The notes beneath the pieces were generated by a model, which did not search any database, was not told where the DNA came from, and worked only from the letters and a program-made list of their open reading frames with translations. Below are positions 37,881 through 48,997 of a DNA stretch of 64,000 nucleotides, piece after piece. The position numbers and the translations under genes were made by a program. This DNA is from an uncultured Alphaproteobacteria bacterium (GTDB lineage Bacteria > Pseudomonadota > Alphaproteobacteria > Rhodobacterales > Rhodobacteraceae): assembly GCA_963710515.1 (NCBI GenBank), contig CAVQAX010000026.1, positions 36,614 to 100,613 of the forward strand. Direction: 5' to 3'. Every line of letters begins with the position of its first letter. Position 1 is the first letter of the stretch.

Positions 37881-38555
37881 ATGACGCAGGATGACTGGAA
37901 AAACCTGACCGGCCCGGCCTCGCCGCCATGCTTTGCCGCCGACCTCGTGGCCGGTCAGCCCTGCGACCCCGAAACAAGGCGCGACGTGGCCCGGTTTCGT
38001 CGTGCCGAGCGGGACCGGCTGATCGCGGAACGCCTTGCCGTTCCGGCCGAAACCCGCGCGGCCCTCGCCGCGGAGATCGGCACCGAACTCGACCGGCTGG
38101 TCGACCCCCGTCCCGGAATGTTCATCAGCCTCTATTGGCCCTTCCGCGGCGAACTGGACATGCGCGGCTGGATGGCCTCGGCGCATGGCCGCGGCGCCGG
38201 GATATTGCTGCCGGTGGTGGTGGCGAAGGCCGAACCGCTGGTCTTCCGTGCCTGGAGCCCCGGATGTGCGATGACGCGCGGCGTGTGGAACATTCCCGTG
38301 CCGCGCGACGGGCCGGATCTGCTGCCGGACGTGGTGATCGCACCGCTTGTCGGGGTCGACAGGGCCTGCTTCCGCCTCGGCTATGGCGGCGGCTTCTACG
38401 ATCGAACCCTTGCGTCGCTGCCCCGAAAGGCCCTCGTGGTCGGCATCGGGCCCTCCGAGGCGTCGATACCGACGATCTTTCCCCAACCCTGGGACGTGCC
38501 GATGGATATTGTGGTGACCGGCAGCGGCCAGGTTCGCGAGCGGCAGACCGTCTGA
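37881..38555 (+). CDS. 5-formyltetrahydrofolate cyclo-ligase family protein
   Basis: C-terminal signature FRLGYGGGFYDRTL. ATG at 37881, with an alternative TTG at 37869. Confidence 0.72.
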   Translation: MTQDDWKNLTGPASPPCFAADLVAGQPCDPETRRDVARFRRAERDRLIAERLAVPAETRAALAAEIGTELDRLVDPRPGMFISLYWPFRGELDMRGWMASAHGRGAGILLPVVVAKAEPLVFRAWSPGCAMTRGVWNIPVPRDGPDLLPDVVIAPLVGVDRACFRLGYGGGFYDRTLASLPRKALVVGIGPSEASIPTIFPQPWDVPMDIVVTGSGQVRERQTV

Positions 38556-38613
38556 CCGGATTGGCAGCGCCATCGGGATGTGCTTGATTCGGGGTTCACC
38601 GTTTGGAGACGCC

Positions 38614-40239
38614 ATGCCGCGCCAGGGTCAGCCGCTGATGAAACCGGCCGAAAGCTGGGACGCCCTGCGCGCGGGCTTCCGCTGGCCCCGCCGCCGGCGC
38701 TTCAACATCGCCGAGGCCTGCTGCGACGCCTGGGCCCGCACAGAGCCCGACCGGCTGGCCCTGCGCTATCTGCGCCCCGACGGCACCGAGCGCGACTACA
38801 GCTACGGCCAGCTCGCCCGTGCCGCGCGCCGCCTCGCCAACGCGCTCGCCGGCCACGGCATCACCCGCGGCGACCGGGTCGCGGTGCTGCTGCCCCAGAC
38901 TCCGGAGACCGCGCTCACCCATCTCGCCGCCTACCGCCTCGGTGCCATCGTGGTCCCGCTCTTCACGCTCTTCGGCGAGGACGGCCTCGAATTCCGCCTG
39001 CGCGATTCCGGCGCGAAGGCCCTGGTCACCGACGGCGCCAACCTGCCCAAGGTGCTGGCGATCCGCGACCGGCTGCCGGACCTCGCCACCATCTGGTCGA
39101 TCGATGCCCGCGAGGCCGGCGTGGACGGCTTCTGGCAGGAACTCGGCAAGGCCGCCGACCGCTGCCCGATCGTGCCGACCGGCCCCGATGATCCCGCCTT
39201 CATCAGCTACACCTCCGGCACCACCGGCCCGCCCAAGGGCGCCCTGCACGCCCATCGCGTGCTCCTGGGCCATCTTCCCGGCATCGAGCTCGCCCACGGC
39301 TTTCTCGGACAGCCCGGCGACTGCCTCTGGACCCCGGCCGACTGGGCCTGGATGGGCGGCCTCACCAACGTTCTGCTGCCCGGCCTCTATCTCGGCGTGC
39401 CGGTCGTCGCCCACCGCATGGCGAAGTTCGACCCCGAGGCGGCGGTGGCCCTCACCGCCCGGCTCGGCGTGCGCAACGTCTTCTATCCGCCCACCGCCCT
39501 CAAGCTCATGCGCCAGGCCGGCGTCACCGAAGCCCCGGGCCTGCGCTCCGTCGCCTCCGCCGGCGAGGCGCTCGGCGCGGAGCTGCTCGACTGGGGGCAG
39601 GGGGTCTTCGGGCTCACCATCAACGAATTCTACGGCCAGACCGAATGCAACGTCGTGCTGGCCAATTGCGCCGAGCTGATGCCCGTGCGCCCCGGCTCCG
39701 CGGGACGCGCCGTGCCCGGCCACGAGGTCGCCATCCTCGGCCCCGATGGCACCGTCCTTGCCCCCGGCACCATCGGCGAAATCGCCATCCGCCGCCCCGA
39801 TCCGGTGATGTTCCTCGGCTACTGGAACAACCCGGACAAGACCGCCGCCAAGTTCACCGGCGACTGGATGCTGACCGGCGACGAGGCGTCGATGGACGAG
39901 GACGGCTACGTGCAGTTCCGCGCCCGCACCGACGACGTCATCACCTCCTCTGGCTACCGCATCGGCCCGAGCGAGATCGAGGATTGCCTCACCGGCCACC
40001 CCGACGTGGCGCTGGCCGCGGTCATCGGCGTGCCCGACCCGATCCGCACCGAAGCGGTGAAGGCCTTCGTGGTGCTGCGCGCCGGCGCCGCCGAGGCCGG
40101 GCTCGACACCGCGCTCATCGACCGGGTGCGCGCGCGCCTGTCGCCGCATGTCGCCCCGCGCAGCGTGGTCTTCGTCGAGAGCCTGCCGATGACCGCCACC
40201 GGAAAGATCCAGCGTCGAAATCTGCGCGAAGACCCCTAG
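38614..40239 (+). CDS. AMP-forming acyl-CoA synthetase / acid--CoA ligase
   Basis: ATG at 38614 lies 6 nt after GGAG. AMP-binding motifs YTSGTTGPPKG, YGQTE and the C-terminal TATGKIQRRNLRE. Confidence 0.88.
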   Translation: MPRQGQPLMKPAESWDALRAGFRWPRRRRFNIAEACCDAWARTEPDRLALRYLRPDGTERDYSYGQLARAARRLANALAGHGITRGDRVAVLLPQTPETALTHLAAYRLGAIVVPLFTLFGEDGLEFRLRDSGAKALVTDGANLPKVLAIRDRLPDLATIWSIDAREAGVDGFWQELGKAADRCPIVPTGPDDPAFISYTSGTTGPPKGALHAHRVLLGHLPGIELAHGFLGQPGDCLWTPADWAWMGGLTNVLLPGLYLGVPVVAHRMAKFDPEAAVALTARLGVRNVFYPPTALKLMRQAGVTEAPGLRSVASAGEALGAELLDWGQGVFGLTINEFYGQTECNVVLANCAELMPVRPGSAGRAVPGHEVAILGPDGTVLAPGTIGEIAIRRPDPVMFLGYWNNPDKTAAKFTGDWMLTGDEASMDEDGYVQFRARTDDVITSSGYRIGPSEIEDCLTGHPDVALAAVIGVPDPIRTEAVKAFVVLRAGAAEAGLDTALIDRVRARLSPHVAPRSVVFVESLPMTATGKIQRRNLREDP

Positions 40240-40327
40240 ACTTGATTTCGAACGGCAAATTCTGCCAGAAAGGTCGGGACTAATACTTTGGCGATTACAA
40301 CTTACACCATTGATTGAAAGTAGTGGG

Positions 40328-41047
40328 ATGGACACCGGGGATTTCGAGAAGGCCGTTGCAAGCTCCGAAATGCCGCCAGCGCTCTGGGAAGCCTGCCGCG
40401 GCTTCATCGACGGGCGCGGGGTGTCGCGCATCGCCTATGTCCACTTCCCGCCGATCGGCGCGCCGGATGCAGATCTCTTCCGCATGAAGGTCGACGGCTT
40501 CGCGCCGGAGGATGTCGAGCAGTACATCCGCAAGAAGCTCTACCGCAGCAATCCGCGGATCGGCCTCGCCCAGAAGCGCATCGAGCCGTTCTACTGGGAC
40601 GAGGTTCCGGTGACGCAACTCCAGTCGGAGCGCGACCGGCTCTATGCCGAACTCGACGACCGGATCGGCTCGCCCTACGGCTACGGCATCCCGGTCTTCG
40701 GCCCGAACGGCCGCAACGGCTTCGTCGGCCTCACGCTCGATGCGCCGCGGCTTCCCGAGGCCGTCGAACGGGATTTCCGCTGGGCCTTCCAGATCGCCCA
40801 TCTGCGCTATTGCGCCATGCTCGCCGACGCCTTCGGCCCGGTTCCCGCCCTCTCCGAGCGCGAGCGCGAGGTGCTCGCCTGGGTCGCCCGCGGCAAGAGC
40901 AATCCGGCCATCGGCACCATCCTCGGCATCTCCGCCCATACCGTCGACGCCCATCTGCGCCGCATCTACCTCAAGCTCGGCGTCTATGACCGCATCACCG
41001 CCACGGTACGCGGCCTCGGCGTCGGGCTGATCCAGTCCGACGTCTGA
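40328..41047 (+). CDS. LuxR-family autoinducer-binding-type transcriptional regulator (no luxI in the window)
   Basis: The C-terminal HTH is LSEREREVLAWVARGKSNPAIGTILGISAHTVDAHLRRIYLKLGV. The N-terminal ~170 aa have an autoinducer-binding-like length and layout. An alternative TTG start at 40310 is possible. Confidence 0.8.
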   Translation: MDTGDFEKAVASSEMPPALWEACRGFIDGRGVSRIAYVHFPPIGAPDADLFRMKVDGFAPEDVEQYIRKKLYRSNPRIGLAQKRIEPFYWDEVPVTQLQSERDRLYAELDDRIGSPYGYGIPVFGPNGRNGFVGLTLDAPRLPEAVERDFRWAFQIAHLRYCAMLADAFGPVPALSEREREVLAWVARGKSNPAIGTILGISAHTVDAHLRRIYLKLGVYDRITATVRGLGVGLIQSDV

Positions 41048-41077
41048 CCGGGTCCATCACGTGATCACGTTACCCGG
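41048..41077. repeat. nested palindrome CCGGGT-cc-ATCACGTGAT-cacgtt-ACCCGG just after luxR-type gene
   Basis: Perfect 10-nt palindrome ATCACGTGAT (41056..41065) flanked by the 6-nt inverted arms CCGGGT/ACCCGG. It starts 1 nt after the luxR-type stop and lies 68 nt before the next ORF. Confidence 0.45.
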
Positions 41078-41144
41078 GGTTCAGAATATCGCGCGAACAG
41101 GCTGAGCTTTAGACCTTTTCCCAAGTTGCAAGGGGATAAAGGCG

Positions 41145-41546
41145 ATGTTGGCAAGCACTGGTGAAAACGATCTCTTGGCCGTCATGCAGCACGGCAGCTC
41201 GGCGCTTCCCGAGGATCTCGGCATGTTGAAGGGCTACATGCGGGCGATCGCCGGGCTTCTGGCCGAAAAGGCCTGCGAGAACCAGCCGACCCTCGCGCTC
41301 GAACACGCCGCCGCCGCCGAGATCGAGATCCTGCTCAGCCTCGAAACCCTCGTCGCCGAGAAAACCGCCGCGGTGTCGTGCAAGTCGCTCGAATGCCTGC
41401 GCTCGAAGCTCGACATCTGGGACGTCATGGAGCCGGCCTGTTCCGACGATCTGCCGCGCGAATCCATCGTGCATTCGGTGCGCGGCGACATCGCCCGCAT
41501 GAGCTACCGCAACGAACGCCGCATCCTCTCGGGCGGGCTCTACTGA
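41145..41546 (+). CDS. hypothetical protein (133 aa, acidic, predicted helical)
   Basis: ATG-initiated ORF with the codon bias of the window. No motif recognised. Confidence 0.45.
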   Translation: MLASTGENDLLAVMQHGSSALPEDLGMLKGYMRAIAGLLAEKACENQPTLALEHAAAAEIEILLSLETLVAEKTAAVSCKSLECLRSKLDIWDVMEPACSDDLPRESIVHSVRGDIARMSYRNERRILSGGLY

Positions 41547-41555
41547 TCCGCTTGG

Positions 41556-42244
41556 TCAGGTGGGCAGGCGCCGCTCCGCATCCCGCCGGGCGAAGGGTTT
41601 CAGCCCGGCGCCCGGCCCGGCGAGAAACGCCCGCACCGTATCGGGATCGTGCACCGAAAGCGTCCGGAGCCACCACGCCACCGATTTCTGGATGAACCAG
41701 TCGCGGTCCGCGACATAACCCGCCGCCCAGCCCAGAATGCGGGCGCGCGCCTCGATCTCCGCCGCGTCCGGATGCGTGAGCTTCGCCCAGGGCAGCGTCG
41801 CCACCAGCGCCGCCCGCCGCACCCAGAGGTTGCCATCCTTCGTCCAGCCCGCCACCGAATCGAGCCGGGCCGGCTCTGCGCGCAGCCGGCGCTCCGCCAC
41901 CTTGCAGGCATGATCGGCCAGCGCCCAGCCATCGAAGTCCGGCAGCCAGCGCAGGAATTCGGCCCAGACCGCCGCATCGTCCTCGGGCGCCAGCCGGGCC
42001 TGGACCAGGAGCTTCGCCGCGGCGATCCGCGCCTCGAAAACCCCGCTGTCCCAGAGCCCGCCCGCGAGAGCCACCCGCGCGGGGATCTCCGGCGCCTCGG
42101 CCCGCCATTCCGCCACCAGCGCCTCGATCTGCGGCACCTGCAGGCCAAGACATCTCCGCTCGGTCTTGTGATAGGCCGCCATCCCGGCGGCGCGCTCGGG
42201 ATCGGCCAGCGCCTCGAGGCCGGCCAGCGCCGCCCCGGCCGCGA

Positions 42245-42248
<4 letters not shown>
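41556..42248 (-). CDS. DNA alkylation repair (AlkD-like HEAT-repeat) family protein
   Basis: ATG at 42248 overlaps the glmS stop (ATGA). Segments AYHKTERRCLGLQVPQIEAL and NLWVRRAALVATL resemble the PF08713 family as recalled. Confidence 0.55.
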
Positions 42249-44064
<1,816 letters not shown>

Positions 44065-44065
<1 letters not shown>

Positions 44066-45420
44066 CAGTGCCGTCCCTTCTGGTCCTTGCGGCCGCGCAG
44101 GGCCTGCATGAGCCGGCGCCCCAGCTCCGGCATGGTGCGCTGGCGCCCGCGCCCGATCCCGAGCGCCCCGTCCGGCACATCCTCGGTGATGACCGATCCC
44201 GCGCCGATCAGCGCCTCGGCGCCCACGCTCACCGGCGCCACCAGCGCGGTGTTCGACCCGATGAAGGCCCGGGCGCCGATCTCGGTGCGGTGCTTCGAGA
44301 CCCCGTCGTAATTGCAGGTGATGGTGCCGGCCCCGACATTCGCGCCGGCGCCCACATCCGCGTCGCCGACATAGGAGAGATGGTTGATCTTCGCACCCTC
44401 GCCGATGATCGCGTTCTTGATCTCGACGAAATTGCCGGCCCGCGCCTTCTCCGCAAGCTCCGCACCGGGCCGCAGCCGGGCAAACGGCCCGACGACCGCG
44501 CCGTTGCTCACGTGACAGCCCTCGAGATGGCAGAAGCCGTGGATCGTCGCCCCCGATTCCACCGTGACCCCCGGCCCGAAGAACACCGACGGCCCGATCG
44601 TCACGTCCCGGCCCACCGCGGTGTCGAGCGCGAACCAGACCGAGCCCGGATCGGTGAGCGTCACGCCGGTCTCGAGTGCCTCGCTGCGCGCACGCGCCTG
44701 GAACGCCGCCTCGGCGATTGCGAGATCGGCGCGGGAATTCACTCCCATGGTTTCGGATTCCGCGCAGCGGATCACCCGTGTGTCGAGGCCGCGCGCGCGG
44801 GCGATCCCGACGATGTCCGTGAGATAGTATTCGCCCTTCGCATTGGCATTGCCGACCGCCCCCAGAAGCTCGAAGAGCGTCGCACGACTTGCCGCCATGA
44901 CACCGGAGTTGCACAGGGTGATCGCCTGCTGCGCCGGCGTCGCCTCGCGTTCCTCGACGATGGCCGAAAGCTGCCCCTCCGCATCGAGGATCAAACGCCC
45001 GTACCCGGTCGGGTCCGCCGCCTCGAAGCCCAGCACCACCACGCCCGCCCCGTCGGCGCGCGCCTCGAGCATGGCGGCGATGGTCTCGGGCCGCACGAAG
45101 GGCGTGTCGCCGTAGAGCACCACCGCATCGCCGGTGAAACCGTCGAGTGCCGCCTCGGCCGACCGCACCGCATGGGCGGTACCGAGCTGTTCGGTCTGCG
45201 CGACGAAGGTGGCCTCGTCGTCGATCTCGCGCACCACGTCGGCCACCGCTTCGCCGCCATGCCCGGTGACCACCACCACCCGCCCGGCCTCCGCCGCGCG
45301 CGCCGTGCGCAGCGCATGGGCGACGAGGGGCGCTCCGGCGAGCACATGCAGGACCTTGGGAAGCTCGGAATTCATCCGCGTGCCCTGTCCGGCGGCGAGC
45401 ACGATGGCTGCAAACGACAT
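44065..45420 (-). CDS. glmU: bifunctional UDP-N-acetylglucosamine pyrophosphorylase / GlcN-1-P N-acetyltransferase
   Basis: ATG at 45420. MSFAAIVLAAGQGTRMNSELPKVLH and a left-handed beta-helix hexapeptide region are present. 451 aa. The stop overlaps the glmS start by 1 nt. Confidence 0.93.
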
Positions 45421-45565
45421 GTGACCGAGCTCCGGTTGATCTTTCGCTTCGTAACAGCCTGCCCCGGAGGAAAAAAGCCCATGTCCGGGTCCGGGAGGCC
45501 GGAAGATGTATAAAAGTCTTTCGATCTGGGGCAAGAGGGCGTGGAACGCGAAAGGACAGACCCCC

Positions 45566-46255
45566 ATGCGCACCGCAGTCTTCGATCTCGACGGCACCCT
45601 CGCCGACACCTCGGCCGATCTGATCGCCGCCGCCAACGCCACCTTCGAGGAGGCCGGCTGGGGACGGCCGCTCGAGGCATCGGCCGACGCCGCCATCGCC
45701 TTCAGGGGCGGGCGGGCGATGCTGGCCGCCGGTTTCCAGCGGCGACCGGCCGCCGATTTCGACCATGCCGCCGAAGCCGACCGGCTCTATCCCGTCCTGC
45801 TCGAGCATTACCGCACCGGCATCGATGCGCAGACCAGGCTCTACGACGGCGTCGAGGCCGCGCTGGACGCGCTCGATGCCGAAGGCTGGGCGCTGGCCGT
45901 CTGCACCAACAAGCCGGTCGCGCTGGCCGATCTCCTGCTCGACCGGCTGGGCCTCGCGCCGCGGTTCCGCGCCGTGCTGGGGGCCGACAGCCTCGATGTG
46001 CGCAAGCCCGATCCGCGGCATCTGCTGGAAACCATCGCCCGCGCCGGCGGCCGGCGCGAGGCGGCGGTGCTCGTCGGCGACACCGTCACCGACCGCGACG
46101 CCGCGCGCGCGGCAGAGGTGCCCTGCATCCTCGTGAGCTTCGGACCGGACGGGGCGGGCGTCGAGACCCTGGAGCCCGAAGCCCTGCTGGCGCATTACCG
46201 CGATCTCGGCCCGCTGCTCGACCGGCTGGTTCCCGCGGAGCGGGCAGGGGCCTGA
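45566..46255 (+). CDS. HAD-superfamily hydrolase, phosphoglycolate phosphatase-like
   Basis: ATG at 45566. HAD motif I is VFDLDGTLADT, with TNKP and GDTVTDRDAA also present. Confidence 0.78.
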   Translation: MRTAVFDLDGTLADTSADLIAAANATFEEAGWGRPLEASADAAIAFRGGRAMLAAGFQRRPAADFDHAAEADRLYPVLLEHYRTGIDAQTRLYDGVEAALDALDAEGWALAVCTNKPVALADLLLDRLGLAPRFRAVLGADSLDVRKPDPRHLLETIARAGGRREAAVLVGDTVTDRDAARAAEVPCILVSFGPDGAGVETLEPEALLAHYRDLGPLLDRLVPAERAGA

Positions 46256-46283
46256 GAGGCGGCGCGGATCTCTCGGGAGGGGA

Positions 46284-46357
46284 TGGAGCGGGCGACGGGA
46301 ATCGAACCCGTATCATCAGCTTGGAAGGCTGAGGTCTTACCATTACACAACGCCCGC
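46284..46357 (-). tRNA. tRNA-Gly (anticodon UCC)
   Basis: The reverse complement reads GCGGGCGTTGTGTAATGGTAAGACCTCAGCCTTCCAAGCTGATGATACGGGTTCGATTCCCGTCGCCCGCTCCA. It has a 7-bp acceptor stem GCGGGCG/CGCCCGC, anticodon loop CTTCCAA, T-loop TTCGATT and an encoded CCA. Confidence 0.92.
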
Positions 46358-46503
46358 GACCGAGTGCTGCGTATCATTTCCGGGCCGCCGGCTTCAAGCC
46401 GCAAACGCATCTCCGCACATCGGCACGCAACCGCGCCGGACTGCCGGGGTTGAACCGCACGGCCCCGCGCCGCTACCCTTCGCCGGACCGAAAGGAAAAC
46501 GCC

Positions 46504-47014
46504 ATGAAACAGTCCGCCCTCCTGCTCGCCGCCTCTCTGCTGACCCTGCCGGCCGCAGCCCAAGACGCCTCCGGCACGCATCGCCGCCACGCTCGACGGC
46601 GCGGAGCGCGTCTGGACCGTGCTGCCCGAGGACGCCGGCGGACAATCCTGGTGGACCGCCACCGGCCCCGTCATCGGCGTCGGGCTCTGGGCGGCCCCCG
46701 AAGGCAGCGCCGGCCCGATCGAGGACGTGCTCGACCTGACGCTCTCGGCCGTGCAGCAGGGCGGCACCACCGTGCTCGCCGGCAGCGAGTTGCGGCTGCT
46801 GACCAGCGACCTCACGGTCTACTACCACGCAACCGAGGACGACCTCGCGCTCGAGATCACCGATCTCGAGGCCGGCGAGGCCGGGCTTTCGGTCAGCGGC
46901 AGCTTCTCCGGACGCCTCGCCCGGACCACGTTCTCCGATGGCGCCGAAGTCGCCGACCCGGACGATACCCGCGAGATCGAGGGCACCTTCGAGGCGTTTC
47001 TTCCCGCCGAATAG
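46504..47014 (+). pseudogene. small secreted protein of unknown function, signal peptide and mature part in different frames (break near 46575-46580)
   Basis: MKQSALLLAASLLTLPAAAQDASG (ATG at 46504) then runs into Arg-rich nonsense. Track ORF 46619..47014 continues upstream without a start as IAATLDGAERVWTVLPEDAGGQSWW... The span is 511 nt, which is 1 mod 3. Confidence 0.55.
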
Positions 47015-47092
47015 CTGCGCCACCGCATCCGCTTGAGCGTCGCGCCCCGGCTTGCTATGCCTCGGCCGCAAAATCCGCGGACAGGGCAGGGC

Positions 47093-48877
47093 ATGGCGAA
47101 GACCGACACCGAAGCACGCGACCGCGCGAAGTCGAAGACGATCTCGCCGCTGCGCGCCCTCGTGCCGTTCCTCAGCCCCTACCGCCTGCTGCTCGTCGCG
47201 GCGATCCTCGCCCTCGTCATCACCGCCATGCTCTCGCTCACGCTGCCCCTGGCGGTGCGCCGGGTGGTCGACGGCTTCTTCGCCGAATCGCTGCCGATGA
47301 TGGATCTCTACTTCGCCGCCGCCATCGGCATCGCCGGCCTTCTCGCCATCGGCACGGCCCTGCGCTTCTACCTCGTCACCCGCCTCGGCGAGCGCGTGGT
47401 GGCCGATATCCGCGAGGCGATCTACGACAACGTGATCGGCATGAGCCCGGCCTTCTACGAGCGGATCATGACCGGCGAGGTGCTCTCGCGCCTCACCACC
47501 GACACCACCCTCGTGCTCTCGGTGATCTCCTCCTCGGTCTCCATCGCTCTGCGCAACGCCCTGATGCTCGCCGGCGGCCTGATCCTCCTCTTCATCACCA
47601 GCCCCAAGCTCACCGCGCTGGTGCTCGTCGGCGTCCCCCTCGTGGTCTTCCCGATCCTGACCCTCGGCCGCAAGCTCCGGGTCCTCTCGCGCGAAAGCCA
47701 GGACCGCATCGCGGAATCGAGCGCCCAGGCCTCCGAGACCCTGCTCGCCGCCCAGACCATCCAGGCCTACACCCACGAGGATGCGAGCCGCCTCAGCTTC
47801 CGCGACATCACCGAACAGGCCTTCGACGTCGCCCGCCGCCGGATCCGCATCCGCTCGATCATGACCGCCATCGTGATCTTCCTCGTCTTCACCTCCATCG
47901 TCGGCGTGCTCTGGATCGGCGCCCGCGACGTGCGCGCCGGCGTGATGACCCCGGGCGAGCTGGTGCAATTCGTGATCTATGCCGTGCTCGTCGCGGGCTC
48001 CGTCGCCGCGCTCTCGGAGATCTGGGGCGAGCTGCAACGCGCCGCGGGGGCGACCGAGCGCATGGTCGAGCTCATCAACTCCACCGACAGCATCGCCGAG
48101 CCCGAAGCGCCCCGCACGCTGCCCATCCCGGTGCGCGGCGACCTCACCTTCGAGGGCGTCACCTTCCACTACCCCGCGCGCCCCGAGATCGCCGCTCTCT
48201 CGGAGCTCGACCTCACCGTGCGCGCCGGCGAGACCGTGGCCCTTGTCGGGCCCTCGGGGGCCGGCAAGACCACGATCTTCCAGCTCCTCATGCGCTTCTT
48301 CGATCCGGCCTCAGGCGCCATCCGCCTCGACGGCATCGACCTGCGCGACCTCACCCGCGCCGATCTGCGCCGCCAGTTCGCGCTGGTGCCGCAGGAGCCG
48401 GTGATCTTCGCCACCTCCGCGCGCGAGAACATCCGCTTCGGCCGCCCCGGCGCTTCCGATGCCGAAGTCGAAGAGGCCGCCGCCGCCGCCGCCGCCCACG
48501 ATTTCATCACCCGCCTGCCGCAGGGCTACGACACCTATGTGGGCGAGCGCGGCGTCATGCTCTCGGGCGGCCAGAAGCAGCGCATCGCCATCGCGCGGGC
48601 CATCCTGCGCGACGCGCCGATCCTCCTGCTCGACGAAGCCACCTCCGCCCTCGACGCCGAAAGCGAACGCCTCGTCCAGCAGGCCGTCGAGAGCCTGGCC
48701 CAGGGCCGCACCACCCTGGTGATCGCCCACCGCCTCGCCACCGTGAAGAAGGCCGACCGCATCCTCGTCTTCGACGACGGCCGCATTCTCGCCGAGGGCA
48801 GCCACGCCAAGCTGGTGAGCGATGACGGCCTCTACGCCCGCCTCGCGCGCCTGCAATTCACCGACGGAGCCGCCTGA
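47093..48877 (+). CDS. ABC exporter, fused permease/ATPase (MsbA/Atm1-like ABCB type)
   Basis: ATG at 47093. Six-TM N-domain, Walker A GPSGAGKTT, signature LSGGQKQR and Walker B LLLDEATSALD. Confidence 0.88.
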   Translation: MAKTDTEARDRAKSKTISPLRALVPFLSPYRLLLVAAILALVITAMLSLTLPLAVRRVVDGFFAESLPMMDLYFAAAIGIAGLLAIGTALRFYLVTRLGERVVADIREAIYDNVIGMSPAFYERIMTGEVLSRLTTDTTLVLSVISSSVSIALRNALMLAGGLILLFITSPKLTALVLVGVPLVVFPILTLGRKLRVLSRESQDRIAESSAQASETLLAAQTIQAYTHEDASRLSFRDITEQAFDVARRRIRIRSIMTAIVIFLVFTSIVGVLWIGARDVRAGVMTPGELVQFVIYAVLVAGSVAALSEIWGELQRAAGATERMVELINSTDSIAEPEAPRTLPIPVRGDLTFEGVTFHYPARPEIAALSELDLTVRAGETVALVGPSGAGKTTIFQLLMRFFDPASGAIRLDGIDLRDLTRADLRRQFALVPQEPVIFATSARENIRFGRPGASDAEVEEAAAAAAAHDFITRLPQGYDTYVGERGVMLSGGQKQRIAIARAILRDAPILLLDEATSALDAESERLVQQAVESLAQGRTTLVIAHRLATVKKADRILVFDDGRILAEGSHAKLVSDDGLYARLARLQFTDGAA

Positions 48878-48997
48878 CCCGTCAGACGGGCGGTTTCGCG
48901 CACCTGACACCACGGAACCGCTTGCCCCCTGATCGCCTGCCACCCATTATCGCCGGCGCGAAAACAACGCCCGGTCAACCGGGTACCGGGAGGTGAC

